From Bdellovibrio sp. (GTDB lineage Bacteria > Bdellovibrionota > Bdellovibrionia > Bdellovibrionales > Bdellovibrionaceae), in NCBI GenBank assembly GCA_036676395.1, contig JAKFCY010000002.1, positions 1,472,001 to 1,536,000 of the forward strand: DNA of 64,000 nucleotides. The letters run 5' to 3'. The position numbers and the translations under genes are program-made. The notes under the pieces are model-generated. The model did not search any database. It saw nothing but the letters and a program-made list of their open reading frames with translations, and had not been told where the DNA came from. Below, one piece after another: positions 28,737 through 38,210 of the stretch. How positions within the stretch are numbered: position 1 is the stretch's first letter; each line of letters opens with the position of its first letter.

Positions 28737-29894
28737 ATGCGCTTAATCTTATCTGTAGCAGCTTTTTTTCTAACAATTCATGCCGAAGCTCAAATAACCT
28801 CAGTCTCTGAAACAACATCCGTTTCAGCGCCATTAGCGACCGCTGAATTTACGCCTTCAAATAAATTTTCTGGAGATTTTAGATATCGTCATCAAGATAC
28901 AAAAGATGCTTCAAAGAAAAACCGCCGCGTTCATAGATTAATGTTACGTGTTGGCCAAGCATTTCAAATTCAATCTGATCTGAAATTCACCTATCGTTTA
29001 ATGACCGGAACAAATAATAACAGCGGAAATACAACCATCGCCGATGGCGGGTCAACACAAGGATCACCAAGATATACCATCGGCTTAGATCAGGCTTATG
29101 TTACTTATTTACCAGAGCAAAACTTAAGTCTTTATCTAGGAAAAATGCCACAGTTTTTTTATAGCGCCGGAAAAAACCAGGTTATTCTTGATCGTGATAT
29201 CACCCCAGAAGGCTTAGGCCTTCAATTTAAAGAGTCTTTCTTAGATAAAAAAATAGATTTGAATTTAAACTTAGCTTCGTTATGGGTGCGTGAAAAATAT
29301 AACTCAACCGCCGGCGAAGACGTTACAGATTCATTTTTAAATGTGGCTCAGGCCACCGTGGGTTACAAAATTAATTCTGACTACTCTACCCACCTTGGGC
29401 TTGGAACTTATACTTTTACAGATGTTAAAGGTTCAGCTCCAAATGATTTAACTATTCAAACAGCACCTGATTTCAAAGGTAATACTACCGATGGTTCAGG
29501 AAAATATCTTAATGAATATGAGATCTTACAAGCAAGCATTGAACTTAAATATGCTAAAGCTGCAAATGAGATTTCTGTATTTTACGAACAATTGAAAAAT
29601 GGCGGAGCCGATTCATTAAACGAAGCTACGATTTTTGGAACTACAATGTCTTATGGTAAATTCAGCTTAAGCGTAATGCGCCAAACTATTGAAAGTGATG
29701 CTGTATTAGCAATTTATGGCAGCGCAGACACAGCCGGCGGACAAACAAATTCACGTGGTAATGTTTATCTTTTTGGTTACAAATTAAATAAAAATGCTGT
29801 GATTAATTATTCACTCTATGACTTCGAAAGAAATGTCGAAACTACCCCGACTGATTACAAGGTTTCGCATATAGATTTAACTGTCGTATTTTAA
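28737..29894 (+). CDS. Putative porin (outer-membrane beta-barrel)
   Basis: Signal peptide, FSGDFRYR, LDQAY, LGKM, LDRDITPEG, C-terminal DLTVVF. Confidence 0.85.
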   Translation: MRLILSVAAFFLTIHAEAQITSVSETTSVSAPLATAEFTPSNKFSGDFRYRHQDTKDASKKNRRVHRLMLRVGQAFQIQSDLKFTYRLMTGTNNNSGNTTIADGGSTQGSPRYTIGLDQAYVTYLPEQNLSLYLGKMPQFFYSAGKNQVILDRDITPEGLGLQFKESFLDKKIDLNLNLASLWVREKYNSTAGEDVTDSFLNVAQATVGYKINSDYSTHLGLGTYTFTDVKGSAPNDLTIQTAPDFKGNTTDGSGKYLNEYEILQASIELKYAKAANEISVFYEQLKNGGADSLNEATIFGTTMSYGKFSLSVMRQTIESDAVLAIYGSADTAGGQTNSRGNVYLFGYKLNKNAVINYSLYDFERNVETTPTDYKVSHIDLTVVF

Positions 29895-30833
29895 AAGTTT
29901 ACGTGTAGCAATCAGCCCAAGCTCATGAGATGACTCAGCACTTTTGCCGTATTTAGGAAAAATCAACAACCCTGGCGCCGGAGATTTAACTTCTTCGCCG
30001 TTAGGGGTGTAGCCCAAGATCTCCCCGTCACTCACCGGCTGAAGATTTACTAGACCCGGAAGCAGCTCAGCACTTTGATTTTGTTTAGTCAGCTGATGCG
30101 TAATTTTAAAATACGGGGTTTCGGCGATAGGTTTTGGCAAAATCAAATTCGCGAAGTTCAAATAAAACAGTTTATCGCGCATCTCGCGAGCCAAGCTTTG
30201 ATCAAAACCGTTCTGACTGATCTCGATCACTAACGTTGAAATCTTTGCGTTACGGGCGAACTCTGAAAGCGTATGCCCATCACGCGAAAAGCCTTTCGCA
30301 TCAAAACAAATGATCGGCCATTCAGTACTTAAGACATGCGCCATTGAAATCATGTATTCATCTTCTGGGGCCACGACAAACGGAGTCAATGTCGCAGCTG
30401 ATGTCTGATGAAGATCGATGATTAGTTTGGGGCGCAGTTTTAGAATTGCTGCTTCGATTTGGCGAGCACGACCGTATTCGTAGGTTTTTGTGATTTCAAT
30501 ATTGATTACACCTTTTGGTTTATCTCCGGCATGAAAACTGCGGTTTAGATCTCGATCAACGAAACGCTCGTTTTTTTCGTAGGCCTTTAGGTTGTTTAGC
30601 AAGACTGCGAATGTAAATGGTGCGCTGATGTTTGATTTAATTACTTTTTCTAGAAATAGATTTACGGTTTGAAGCCCTATGACTTCGTTACCATGCGTAA
30701 GTGCTGTGAATAAGATGTCTGGTGTAGGTGACGTTGTAAAACCATAGGTATCGATTTGACTGTAACCCTGCAATACGCGGAACTGGTTATGCAGGGTTTG
30801 GAATTTGGTTAGTTCGTCGTGGTGTGAGGACAT
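29877..30833 (-). CDS. Succinylglutamate desuccinylase/aspartoacylase (M14) family Zn hydrolase
   Basis: HGNE, DLNRSF, IDLH, LVIE motifs. Confidence 0.85.
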   Translation of the reverse strand: MSSHHDELTKFQTLHNQFRVLQGYSQIDTYGFTTSPTPDILFTALTHGNEVIGLQTVNLFLEKVIKSNISAPFTFAVLLNNLKAYEKNERFVDRDLNRSFHAGDKPKGVINIEITKTYEYGRARQIEAAILKLRPKLIIDLHQTSAATLTPFVVAPEDEYMISMAHVLSTEWPIICFDAKGFSRDGHTLSEFARNAKISTLVIEISQNGFDQSLAREMRDKLFYLNFANLILPKPIAETPYFKITHQLTKQNQSAELLPGLVNLQPVSDGEILGYTPNGEEVKSPAPGLLIFPKYGKSAESSHELGLIATRKLLKYDS

Positions 30834-30842
30834 GACACAATG

Positions 30843-32306
30843 TTAAGCTGCTTTTTGAGCTTCGTCATCATTTTCGCAATCTCTGCATTTAAAAATATAA
30901 TGGCCTTGCGCATTTGTATCTAAAAACATTACTGCGCTAGGATGTTTAGGACATTTTTGATTATCACTGCCTGCTAGACCAGAGTCGTTATCATCCCCAT
31001 CTCTTATTTGAATCTGAGGTGCTGAAATCAATTTAAATATTGAATTTGTATCCTCATCGAAACCTTTTAGATATTTACGACCAACATCTTCTGTCCAAAA
31101 TCCTGCCTCATTTACAATTGATGCCACTTTGTGATCAATTAATATTTGATTTGGCTCACCAATCGAGGTCAGACGACTCGCATATGGCAATGGAACTCCA
31201 ATAGCTGTAAAAGTTTTAAAGTACTTCTGATCACCATAAAAACCTACGTTAGCAAAACCTGTAGAAATACCAACCCGAACTTGTAACTCAGACTTCCAGT
31301 GTTTCATATAAAACGACTTATCATCTTGAATGGCCTGGACTGCTTCTAATGCAGCCATACAAGTACGAGATATAAAATCAGTTCTTGCGATTGGCATATT
31401 CGAAAAGGCTAGAACTCCGTCGCCATGAAACTTATCGATAGTTAAATCATATTTTAGAAAGGTAGTTAGAGTAGTATCTAGAAAGCGCGCTAAAGATAAC
31501 TGCATATCTTTTTCGTCTAGTTTGGTTACTTTATCTGTAGATTTAACAATATCGATAAAAATTGCGCAAATTTCCGCTCTTTTAACATCTTCATCAATAG
31601 AAATCTGACCACCACGAATAGCTTTAATAATTTGAGGCGAAAATTGCGAAGACAATTGATGTAACTTAGTGGCTTCTTCTGTTTTTTTAATGATAACTAA
31701 TTCACGCGATCTCAATTCGTTTTCCAATTCGTTCTTAGCGTGAATCTCACTATTACGAAGCTTTTCATTAAAAAAACGAATAAGGGAACAAATAACAATA
31801 GATCCAACAATGAAAAATAGATTTCCGATAGTGTTCATTTTAAATTGGCCTTTAATTATTTCTACAATAATTAAAGCTAAATAAGGAAAATAAATTCCTG
31901 CCGCTGTTATAAACAAATATTTGCGACGAAATGGAATAAAGGACAGGCCACCTATTGCTATCAGGTTTAAACCAGCATAATAAGAAGTTGATGTGTCATT
32001 GATTCTGAAAATAAGATAATTAATCAAACCAGCAATTGATATTGCGTATACAGTTGCAATGGCTTGTGATTTTCCATAGTCATTTGATTTTCTGATTTGT
32101 CGATTAATTAGAATACAAATTGGAATAATCAAAAGTCGAACACATAGAAACTCAACAGAATTTTCTGCATAGAGCACTATATCCGCAAACCAAAAAACTA
32201 AAAAAAGAGGAACAGCCATCCAATTTGAAATCAGCCGAACAATCGACTGAACTTCAGCATTGTGAACCTGATCTCTCTTTTTGAAGTAGTTCGAGTTTGT
32301 AGTCAT
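30843..32306 (-). CDS. Membrane class III adenylate/guanylate cyclase with PhcS-like TM sensor and C-terminal Zn ribbon
   Basis: About 5-6 TMs including YYAGLNLI; FIDIVKST, DKFHGDG, RVGISTG, ASRL; CPKH...CRDC tail. Confidence 0.88.
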   Translation of the reverse strand: MTTNSNYFKKRDQVHNAEVQSIVRLISNWMAVPLFLVFWFADIVLYAENSVEFLCVRLLIIPICILINRQIRKSNDYGKSQAIATVYAISIAGLINYLIFRINDTSTSYYAGLNLIAIGGLSFIPFRRKYLFITAAGIYFPYLALIIVEIIKGQFKMNTIGNLFFIVGSIVICSLIRFFNEKLRNSEIHAKNELENELRSRELVIIKKTEEATKLHQLSSQFSPQIIKAIRGGQISIDEDVKRAEICAIFIDIVKSTDKVTKLDEKDMQLSLARFLDTTLTTFLKYDLTIDKFHGDGVLAFSNMPIARTDFISRTCMAALEAVQAIQDDKSFYMKHWKSELQVRVGISTGFANVGFYGDQKYFKTFTAIGVPLPYASRLTSIGEPNQILIDHKVASIVNEAGFWTEDVGRKYLKGFDEDTNSIFKLISAPQIQIRDGDDNDSGLAGSDNQKCPKHPSAVMFLDTNAQGHYIFKCRDCENDDEAQKAA

Positions 32307-32309
32307 TAA

Positions 32310-33779
32310 TTATTTTTTCGTCATTACTGCAAAAATATTAACTCCAAGAGGCTCTTGCTCAATAACACAAGTTTTACTTTGTGCTGTAAACATATTTTTC
32401 AAATCTTCTTTAGAACGATAAATTAAAACCCAATCCAATACATACTCCATAAACGGAACACACGGATTCTCTTTACTAAAATTACCGATAATAACGTGAC
32501 CATCTGGCTTAATTGCATTTAGCATTTGATTAGCAGTAGCTTGCGCAACTGGTTCTGTGAAGTAATCAAATAGACCTGCTGAATAAATTAAATCATAATC
32601 TTTTTCTTCTATGCCTTTTCCAATAATATTTCTAATAGCTAAATTTTCATATCTGAATTTGAAACCGGATTGAACCTGTCGATCAATAGTTAACATTTGA
32701 CGTTGAGCATGCTTTAATGACTCTTCATCTTGATCAATGCAGTGAAATTCAATATTTAAGCCATGAAATTCTGGATTATTTCTTACAAATAATTGCTGTT
32801 CCATCGCTGGACCACTGGCTATTGAAAGAATTTTTATTTTCTTTCCAGAACCCTTAGTTTTTACAACTTCTTTAATTTTTTGCTCTAAGTACGCACCACG
32901 ATTTTTAACTGCATTGCCCGCTGGTTCATCAATAAAATATTTATGCATGCATTGATCGAATAATGTCGCGCCAACCATTTCATTGCGGTAAAGATGATTC
33001 ATCATCTCATAATCACCAGCATACCCTCTTGGCTTATTATAAGCTCTACTTGCGAATGGAGCACCATAAACGAACTGTCCTATTTCTTTTCTAATAAAAC
33101 CAGTGCAGATATCATTATCTTCTTTGCTCAAATTCTTTAAATAAACAGGAATATCTTTGTAAACTGCCGGCAAGAACTTTCCTAAATAATCAGACATAGT
33201 ATCGGCTATAGTAAGTCGATATTCTTCATTAGCCTTAGCATCATCCAGTGGTGCAGATTTTTCCAAATTGTCGATCTGTTGCTTTAAATTCAAAAACCAA
33301 TTTTTTAGATCGTAAACAGCCATGCGAAATTTTTCTGGAATTTTTAACGAAGTCATCGTTAGAGTTTCTTGATTGGCAATAATCAGAGAAGCTTCGTTGA
33401 TAGCCTGACATCTTTCTACTTTGAATGGCTCACCTAATGTTTCAAGACCCACTTCATAGCGACCCTCTGCAACTTTGTCGTTACGAATCGGCTTCAATGC
33501 AACAGTTTGAGTTTCTACATTCTTATAAACTAATTTAAATAAATTGGTTACAGAACTTTCCATATATTTACTAAGGTTTTGCGCAGATGCTTCATCTACT
33601 AATACACCACAGCCAAATGAACTTAAATTTGTGACTTCGTAAGACTGATTATTGTGAACGATAAAACATTCTTTCGGATCAACAAACCATCTGTCCTGAC
33701 GGATAATTTTTTTTCTATTGGCGATCTGTTGATCTAGGACTAAAAAGCCTTCTTGTTGTAGTTTGACATTTTGACTCAT
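32310..33779 (-). CDS. PhcB-like SAM-dependent methyltransferase (putative fatty-acid methyl ester signal synthase)
   Basis: KPRGYAGDYEM, SIASGPA, YDLIYSAGLFDY, GNF..NP...MEY.LDW.LIYR, GVNIF; N-terminal PilZ-like 'R...R...NLS..G'. Confidence 0.8.
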   Translation of the reverse strand: MSQNVKLQQEGFLVLDQQIANRKKIIRQDRWFVDPKECFIVHNNQSYEVTNLSSFGCGVLVDEASAQNLSKYMESSVTNLFKLVYKNVETQTVALKPIRNDKVAEGRYEVGLETLGEPFKVERCQAINEASLIIANQETLTMTSLKIPEKFRMAVYDLKNWFLNLKQQIDNLEKSAPLDDAKANEEYRLTIADTMSDYLGKFLPAVYKDIPVYLKNLSKEDNDICTGFIRKEIGQFVYGAPFASRAYNKPRGYAGDYEMMNHLYRNEMVGATLFDQCMHKYFIDEPAGNAVKNRGAYLEQKIKEVVKTKGSGKKIKILSIASGPAMEQQLFVRNNPEFHGLNIEFHCIDQDEESLKHAQRQMLTIDRQVQSGFKFRYENLAIRNIIGKGIEEKDYDLIYSAGLFDYFTEPVAQATANQMLNAIKPDGHVIIGNFSKENPCVPFMEYVLDWVLIYRSKEDLKNMFTAQSKTCVIEQEPLGVNIFAVMTKK

Positions 33780-33803
33780 GATGCCTCCGCAATCTGCTGT
33801 TCT

Positions 33804-33830
33804 TTATCGAGATTTAATTCATCGAATTCA
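33804..33830 (-). promoter_or_regulatory. Possible sigma28-type promoter of the phcB-like operon
   Basis: Minus strand TGAA-N15-CTCGATAA, 24 nt upstream of ATG with GGAGG RBS. Confidence 0.4.
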
Positions 33831-33907
33831 ATAGGGCGAAAGTCTAGAGATATGCAAAACCCATAACATGATTAGGTTTCGTGTTCCAATTAGCTGCAGA
33901 ACAAAGA

Positions 33908-33943
33908 CCGTAACATGTGCCTTTGGCAGACAGCACTTCGCGC
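33908..33943 (-). pseudogene. 36-bp remnant homologous to the radical SAM gene at 36031-36900
   Basis: Encodes REVLSAKGTCYG versus REVLSTKGTCYG (36251-36286); 29/36 nt identical. Confidence 0.75.
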
Positions 33944-34173
33944 ACATCCTGCATTCTCGCTTACACTCCCAACTGATCATAAGTTTTAAATAGGAGATCT
34001 CATCCCGGACTATAGCATTGTGCGGATTTGAGACTCAACATTACAAATCGATTTGATAACAGACCTGGCCACAACAGCAGCCTGAGCACCTTAAGTTACT
34101 TTGCTAGTCTTTTGATATGATAAAAATTTAATTTCAAAACTTCTAGGTATTTCTAATAAAGCAATTAATTGTT

Positions 34174-35889
34174 TTATTTTTTTCGTCCGAACCGTATCAA
34201 AATAGTCGTGCCTTTACCCGGTTCACTATCTATCGATAGTTCTCCTACATTATTTTGTACAAAAGACTTAGCATGAAACAATCCCAAGCCCGATCCTGCT
34301 TTAAGCTTATCTGCTTTACCAAAAGTATATCCACGTCTACCTAGTTGGTTTATTATATCCGCAGATATACCTATACCATTATCCGTAATCTTTATACTAA
34401 GCCCGTTGCTTACATATTCAATTTTAATTTCAATGCTAGGGCTAGATACGCTTTCAACAGCCTCAATTGAATTGTTAATAATATTGGACAACATTCGAAC
34501 AAATTCTACTTCATCCATTTCAAGACTAAGTTTGCCATTAGTCATGTCCACAAAATGAAAATGTATTGCCCTACTTTTTGAGAACTCTATCTTTTTTTCT
34601 TCTATTAAGCGATTAAGTACCGATGAAATCAAAAATTCATGCGTACCTGAATACATACTATTTTTATCCAACAAACTATTCGCTATTCCCGTAATTCGCG
34701 CAGAGGCTTGCATTATCAATTCCGATTTTTCTCCTGATGGATCTTTTGCCAAAGTCGGCACCAGCATGGTTAATACTGACAATGGAGATTTAATATCATG
34801 GGCAATTTGTTCTAAAATATGCTTACGTTCGAGTTCTTTCATAAGCAATTCTTTTTCTTCGTAAATTGCTTTGATATTTTCGTTAACAATAGCTGCCATG
34901 TGAAAAAATACAAATACTGCAGCTAGAGGCACAAGCATGTAGCCATCTATAATGCCAAATATATTTAATAAGTCATTAAATGCAGTAAATACAAAAAATA
35001 ACCCCGAAAAAAACTCTAGATAATTCATCTTTGATGTCTGGATTTTTCGGCCTATCTTAAAAAGAAAGCGTGTAAAAATTAAAATCGCTATCGGCATTGG
35101 GAACATAGTCCCAAATTGCACGACATCTGGCGACGTACCAAAACACAAGAATAAAAAAGCGATAATTAAAAAACCAAGATATACTTGAAATAATCGATTA
35201 CTAATATATTTTCTATCTTTGAAAAAATAAAAATAAGCCGTCGCCCCGATCCAAAGGCATACATCAGCCGTTTTATGTGCATGAAGCATACTCAACTGAA
35301 TTTGGAATCGATTATTAACAACCAAAATAGAATATCCAATAAAAGCAAGACCACCCAAGATCAAAACTACCAAGTATTTCTGATGAATCTTTCCTGCAAA
35401 TAAAAATATTGCTAAACACAAAAGTATAGCAATATTTACTACAATTGCTATATTTAGGTAAACGTCGAAAAAACTATTAATGGCCGCTTGCGTGCCAGAT
35501 TTTAAATTTGGAAATGATTTGTTTTTAGCAAAAAATTGAGAGTATGAAACTACTGTCCATTTGATTGATTGAATATTTTTAAGATACTTACAATCTAAAC
35601 TAGGTCGTTCATAAAAAGCTGAAGCAACCTTAAAGGACGCATCACCAGTTTCAATTACAAGTCGATCATCGAGCCAAATACTATGAACGCCATGAATCAC
35701 TTGCGGAAAAACAATACTCAAATCATCATTACATAATTTAGAAATTGAATCAGAGGTAGCAGAGTAAACCCAGGAATTATTTTCATGTACCCATTGTTTT
35801 TGCACAGTCCATTGAGCTGAAGCCGACATATCAGTCGCTGCGAAAAAACTCGAAAGCCCAACAAGAATTGAAACTGCTAACTCAAGCAT
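34174..35889 (-). CDS. Orphan sensor histidine kinase (periplasmic domain plus about 7 TMs)
   Basis: AHDIKSPL H-box, NIINNSIEA, DNGIGI, GSGLGL, GKGT. Confidence 0.93.
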   Translation of the reverse strand: MLELAVSILVGLSSFFAATDMSASAQWTVQKQWVHENNSWVYSATSDSISKLCNDDLSIVFPQVIHGVHSIWLDDRLVIETGDASFKVASAFYERPSLDCKYLKNIQSIKWTVVSYSQFFAKNKSFPNLKSGTQAAINSFFDVYLNIAIVVNIAILLCLAIFLFAGKIHQKYLVVLILGGLAFIGYSILVVNNRFQIQLSMLHAHKTADVCLWIGATAYFYFFKDRKYISNRLFQVYLGFLIIAFLFLCFGTSPDVVQFGTMFPMPIAILIFTRFLFKIGRKIQTSKMNYLEFFSGLFFVFTAFNDLLNIFGIIDGYMLVPLAAVFVFFHMAAIVNENIKAIYEEKELLMKELERKHILEQIAHDIKSPLSVLTMLVPTLAKDPSGEKSELIMQASARITGIANSLLDKNSMYSGTHEFLISSVLNRLIEEKKIEFSKSRAIHFHFVDMTNGKLSLEMDEVEFVRMLSNIINNSIEAVESVSSPSIEIKIEYVSNGLSIKITDNGIGISADIINQLGRRGYTFGKADKLKAGSGLGLFHAKSFVQNNVGELSIDSEPGKGTTILIRFGRKK

Positions 35890-36030
35890 ATCATTTTAAA
35901 TCTATTTTTAAATAAAGAGCTCTTATTGCCACAACATACACTCGATTAGTTTAGCAAAAAAAACAATTAAGATTTACCAATAAATTGTTTAGTTCACGAC
36001 CAACATCCAAGGTCAATTCATACCTTATAA

Positions 36031-36900
36031 TTACGATCCAAACCGCTCCACATACTGACATTTCTGACAAAGCTCTTCCAACAGCTCCCCACGCTCAAAA
36101 CCTGTTTTAATTTTTTGGGCGCGCTCTGTTTTCATGATGTCTTTCAAAGAAGCTCCATCAGCCACAGAACCCAACTTAAGCAATGCTTCTTTATCCAAAC
36201 AGCACGGCACCACGTCGCCATTAGCATGAATAGCTAACTGTTTTCTCATGCCGTAACAAGTACCCTTAGTAGATAGCACTTCACGCTTTAATGTAGGCCA
36301 TTCGAATTCAGTATCAAAGTGAAGATATAACTTATCTTTAACCTTCTTAGATTTCTGCACACGCACGTCAACATTTTCGTTTAAGCTCACTCCGAAACGC
36401 TTCTCGACTAAATCATAAACTTGCAGGTTTTGATCTAACTGTGCGTTTACAGAAGCTAAATTCCAAAGACGCAGATTAATATAATAAGAATTTTTCTTTT
36501 CCAAAGACTGTTCGCAAAAGTCTAAGATCGGAGATAAGTACTGCTCTAAGGTCTGGCGCGAAGTATTGGCAAAATATGAGTGCACAGAAAAATTAATTTG
36601 TTCTAAATGTTTCCAATTTAAAATCGTATCGATGTGGCGTTTGATCAAAGTGCCATTCGTTGTTAAGAAAATTTTTAATTCTAACTCATCACAGACTTTA
36701 ACAATTTCAGCGAACTGGGCGTGACCTAAGGGTTCTCCCATTAAATGCAGGCAAACTTGTTTCGCCAAAGGCTTTGCCTGGATAGCATAGTTACGAAAAT
36801 TTTCGACAGAAATCACTTTTTTTTCGCGCACGACTTCAGGGCAGAAGCTGCACTGTAAATTACAAATATTACTGATTTCTATATAGATACGCTCGAACAT
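36031..36900 (-). CDS. Radical SAM protein with SPASM/twitch domain
   Basis: CNLQCSFC, GEP, TTNG, CYG...GDVVPCC...CQKC. Confidence 0.92.
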   Translation of the reverse strand: MFERIYIEISNICNLQCSFCPEVVREKKVISVENFRNYAIQAKPLAKQVCLHLMGEPLGHAQFAEIVKVCDELELKIFLTTNGTLIKRHIDTILNWKHLEQINFSVHSYFANTSRQTLEQYLSPILDFCEQSLEKKNSYYINLRLWNLASVNAQLDQNLQVYDLVEKRFGVSLNENVDVRVQKSKKVKDKLYLHFDTEFEWPTLKREVLSTKGTCYGMRKQLAIHANGDVVPCCLDKEALLKLGSVADGASLKDIMKTERAQKIKTGFERGELLEELCQKCQYVERFGS

Positions 36901-37016
36901 GAGGCCCAGAAATTAGTCTAAGTTACTGCCCATGATCAATCTATTTATCGGTGACTAACAAATAAACAGAGTCGCTCAAACCATCTCGGATATAGAGTAG
37001 CTTGCACCTGAAGATT

Positions 37017-37032
37017 TGGCCCTGGGCCTGCA
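37017..37032 (+). promoter_or_regulatory. sigma54-like promoter
   Basis: TGGCCCTGGGCCTGCA (GG-N10-GC). Confidence 0.55.
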
Positions 37033-37055
37033 ATTAAATGCGGTAGAGGTAACAA

Positions 37056-38210
37056 ATGCTTAAGCGTATCACAATGAGACAATGCCTTTTAATTTTAGTG
37101 ATCTTTCTAACTGCTGGCTTAAATGCGTTTGCGGGCGACTCTGAAGTGCAAATTTCTGAGCAACTTGATATTAATCCAAACGACTATGTTGTCGAAAGCC
37201 CGGCTGAAGTTAATTCTAAAATTAAAGCCACTGCGCACAAGGATAAAAATAACTATTCTGTAAAAGTTGATTTACCAAATTCATCATTTGTTATCGCGCA
37301 CCCAACTGCAGAACAAATGGAATTTTATCGCGATTTATCTGACGCCGATAAAGTTAAATTTCACGAAAAAAGAATGATCGGATTAAATACTTTAGCCAAA
37401 GCACTTACATCGATCAAAAAAGGTTTAGGTATTGGTTCATACGTTAAAGACAAAGTGATGTTCTGGAAACACAAGCAAGGCCAAGTCAGCATGACTGAAC
37501 GTGGTGACCATGTTGTTGAAGGCATTCTTCGTTCATTTGATGCTAAAGCTTGGGAATCAGCACCGATCTTTGCCGACTTAAAAGAAATTGGCTTTACCGG
37601 TACAGGTCAAATCGTAGCCGCTCTTGGAACTAACAAGCGTATTGATATTCACAAAGAAATCGCGCATAAAAAAATTGATGTTGTGGTTCCAGAAGTTAAA
37701 TCCGGTGGAGCTATCGGTATTGGATTTACGGTCGGGGTAAATTTCGAACAAAGATCAGTCGTATTTCAATTATTCAACGCCAACGAACAGCTTAAAGAAG
37801 TTTACTTGCCGTTATTTTATTTGGCCGGAAACGTAAAAGCCGGAATGTATCTTTCAAGCTCTACGCAAAAACTTTATAGCTCACAAAAAGGCGAGGGCTT
37901 CTACCCGTTTGCAGCCCCGGGGTATTCAGAATCTGCACCTGGCAAAAAATCATTTGGCGGAACAATGGCTTTTGGTATCCCGACTTCGCCGATCGACGCC
38001 GGTCTTACTTTTAAAACAAACATGCAAGAGCAAAGCTATTTAAAAATTCGTATCTCGCCATTTACTTGGAAGTTTATCGGAATAAGTGTAAAAAACCCGA
38101 TGGGAATTATTAAAATCGCGGTTAAAAATATACCAGCACTATTTCTTGAATTTAAAAAAATTTATCAACAGTTCTATTATGCAAGATCTTGTAAAGGTTT
38201 GTATATCTAG
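37056..38210 (+). CDS. Secreted hypothetical protein
   Basis: Signal peptide ending NAFA; Gly-rich beta-strand region; C-terminus ARSCKGLYI. Confidence 0.75.
   Translation: MLKRITMRQCLLILVIFLTAGLNAFAGDSEVQISEQLDINPNDYVVESPAEVNSKIKATAHKDKNNYSVKVDLPNSSFVIAHPTAEQMEFYRDLSDADKVKFHEKRMIGLNTLAKALTSIKKGLGIGSYVKDKVMFWKHKQGQVSMTERGDHVVEGILRSFDAKAWESAPIFADLKEIGFTGTGQIVAALGTNKRIDIHKEIAHKKIDVVVPEVKSGGAIGIGFTVGVNFEQRSVVFQLFNANEQLKEVYLPLFYLAGNVKAGMYLSSSTQKLYSSQKGEGFYPFAAPGYSESAPGKKSFGGTMAFGIPTSPIDAGLTFKTNMQEQSYLKIRISPFTWKFIGISVKNPMGIIKIAVKNIPALFLEFKKIYQQFYYARSCKGLYI

Noticed and set aside
30843..32306. Pycsar/CBASS-type anti-phage system (cyclase plus patatin effector)
   Set aside because: The cyclase is a multi-TM sensor fusion with no adjacent cNMP-binding effector; both patatins are more than 20 kb away in other contexts
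33881..33889. GTGTTCCAA shared with 39072-39080 as a possible attachment-site direct repeat
   Set aside because: Only 9 bp; expected by chance among many possible comparisons
33908..36286. Diversity-generating retroelement template/variable repeat pair
   Set aside because: Mismatches are not adenine-specific (mostly synonymous third positions), the repeat is only 36 bp, and there is no reverse transcriptase in the window
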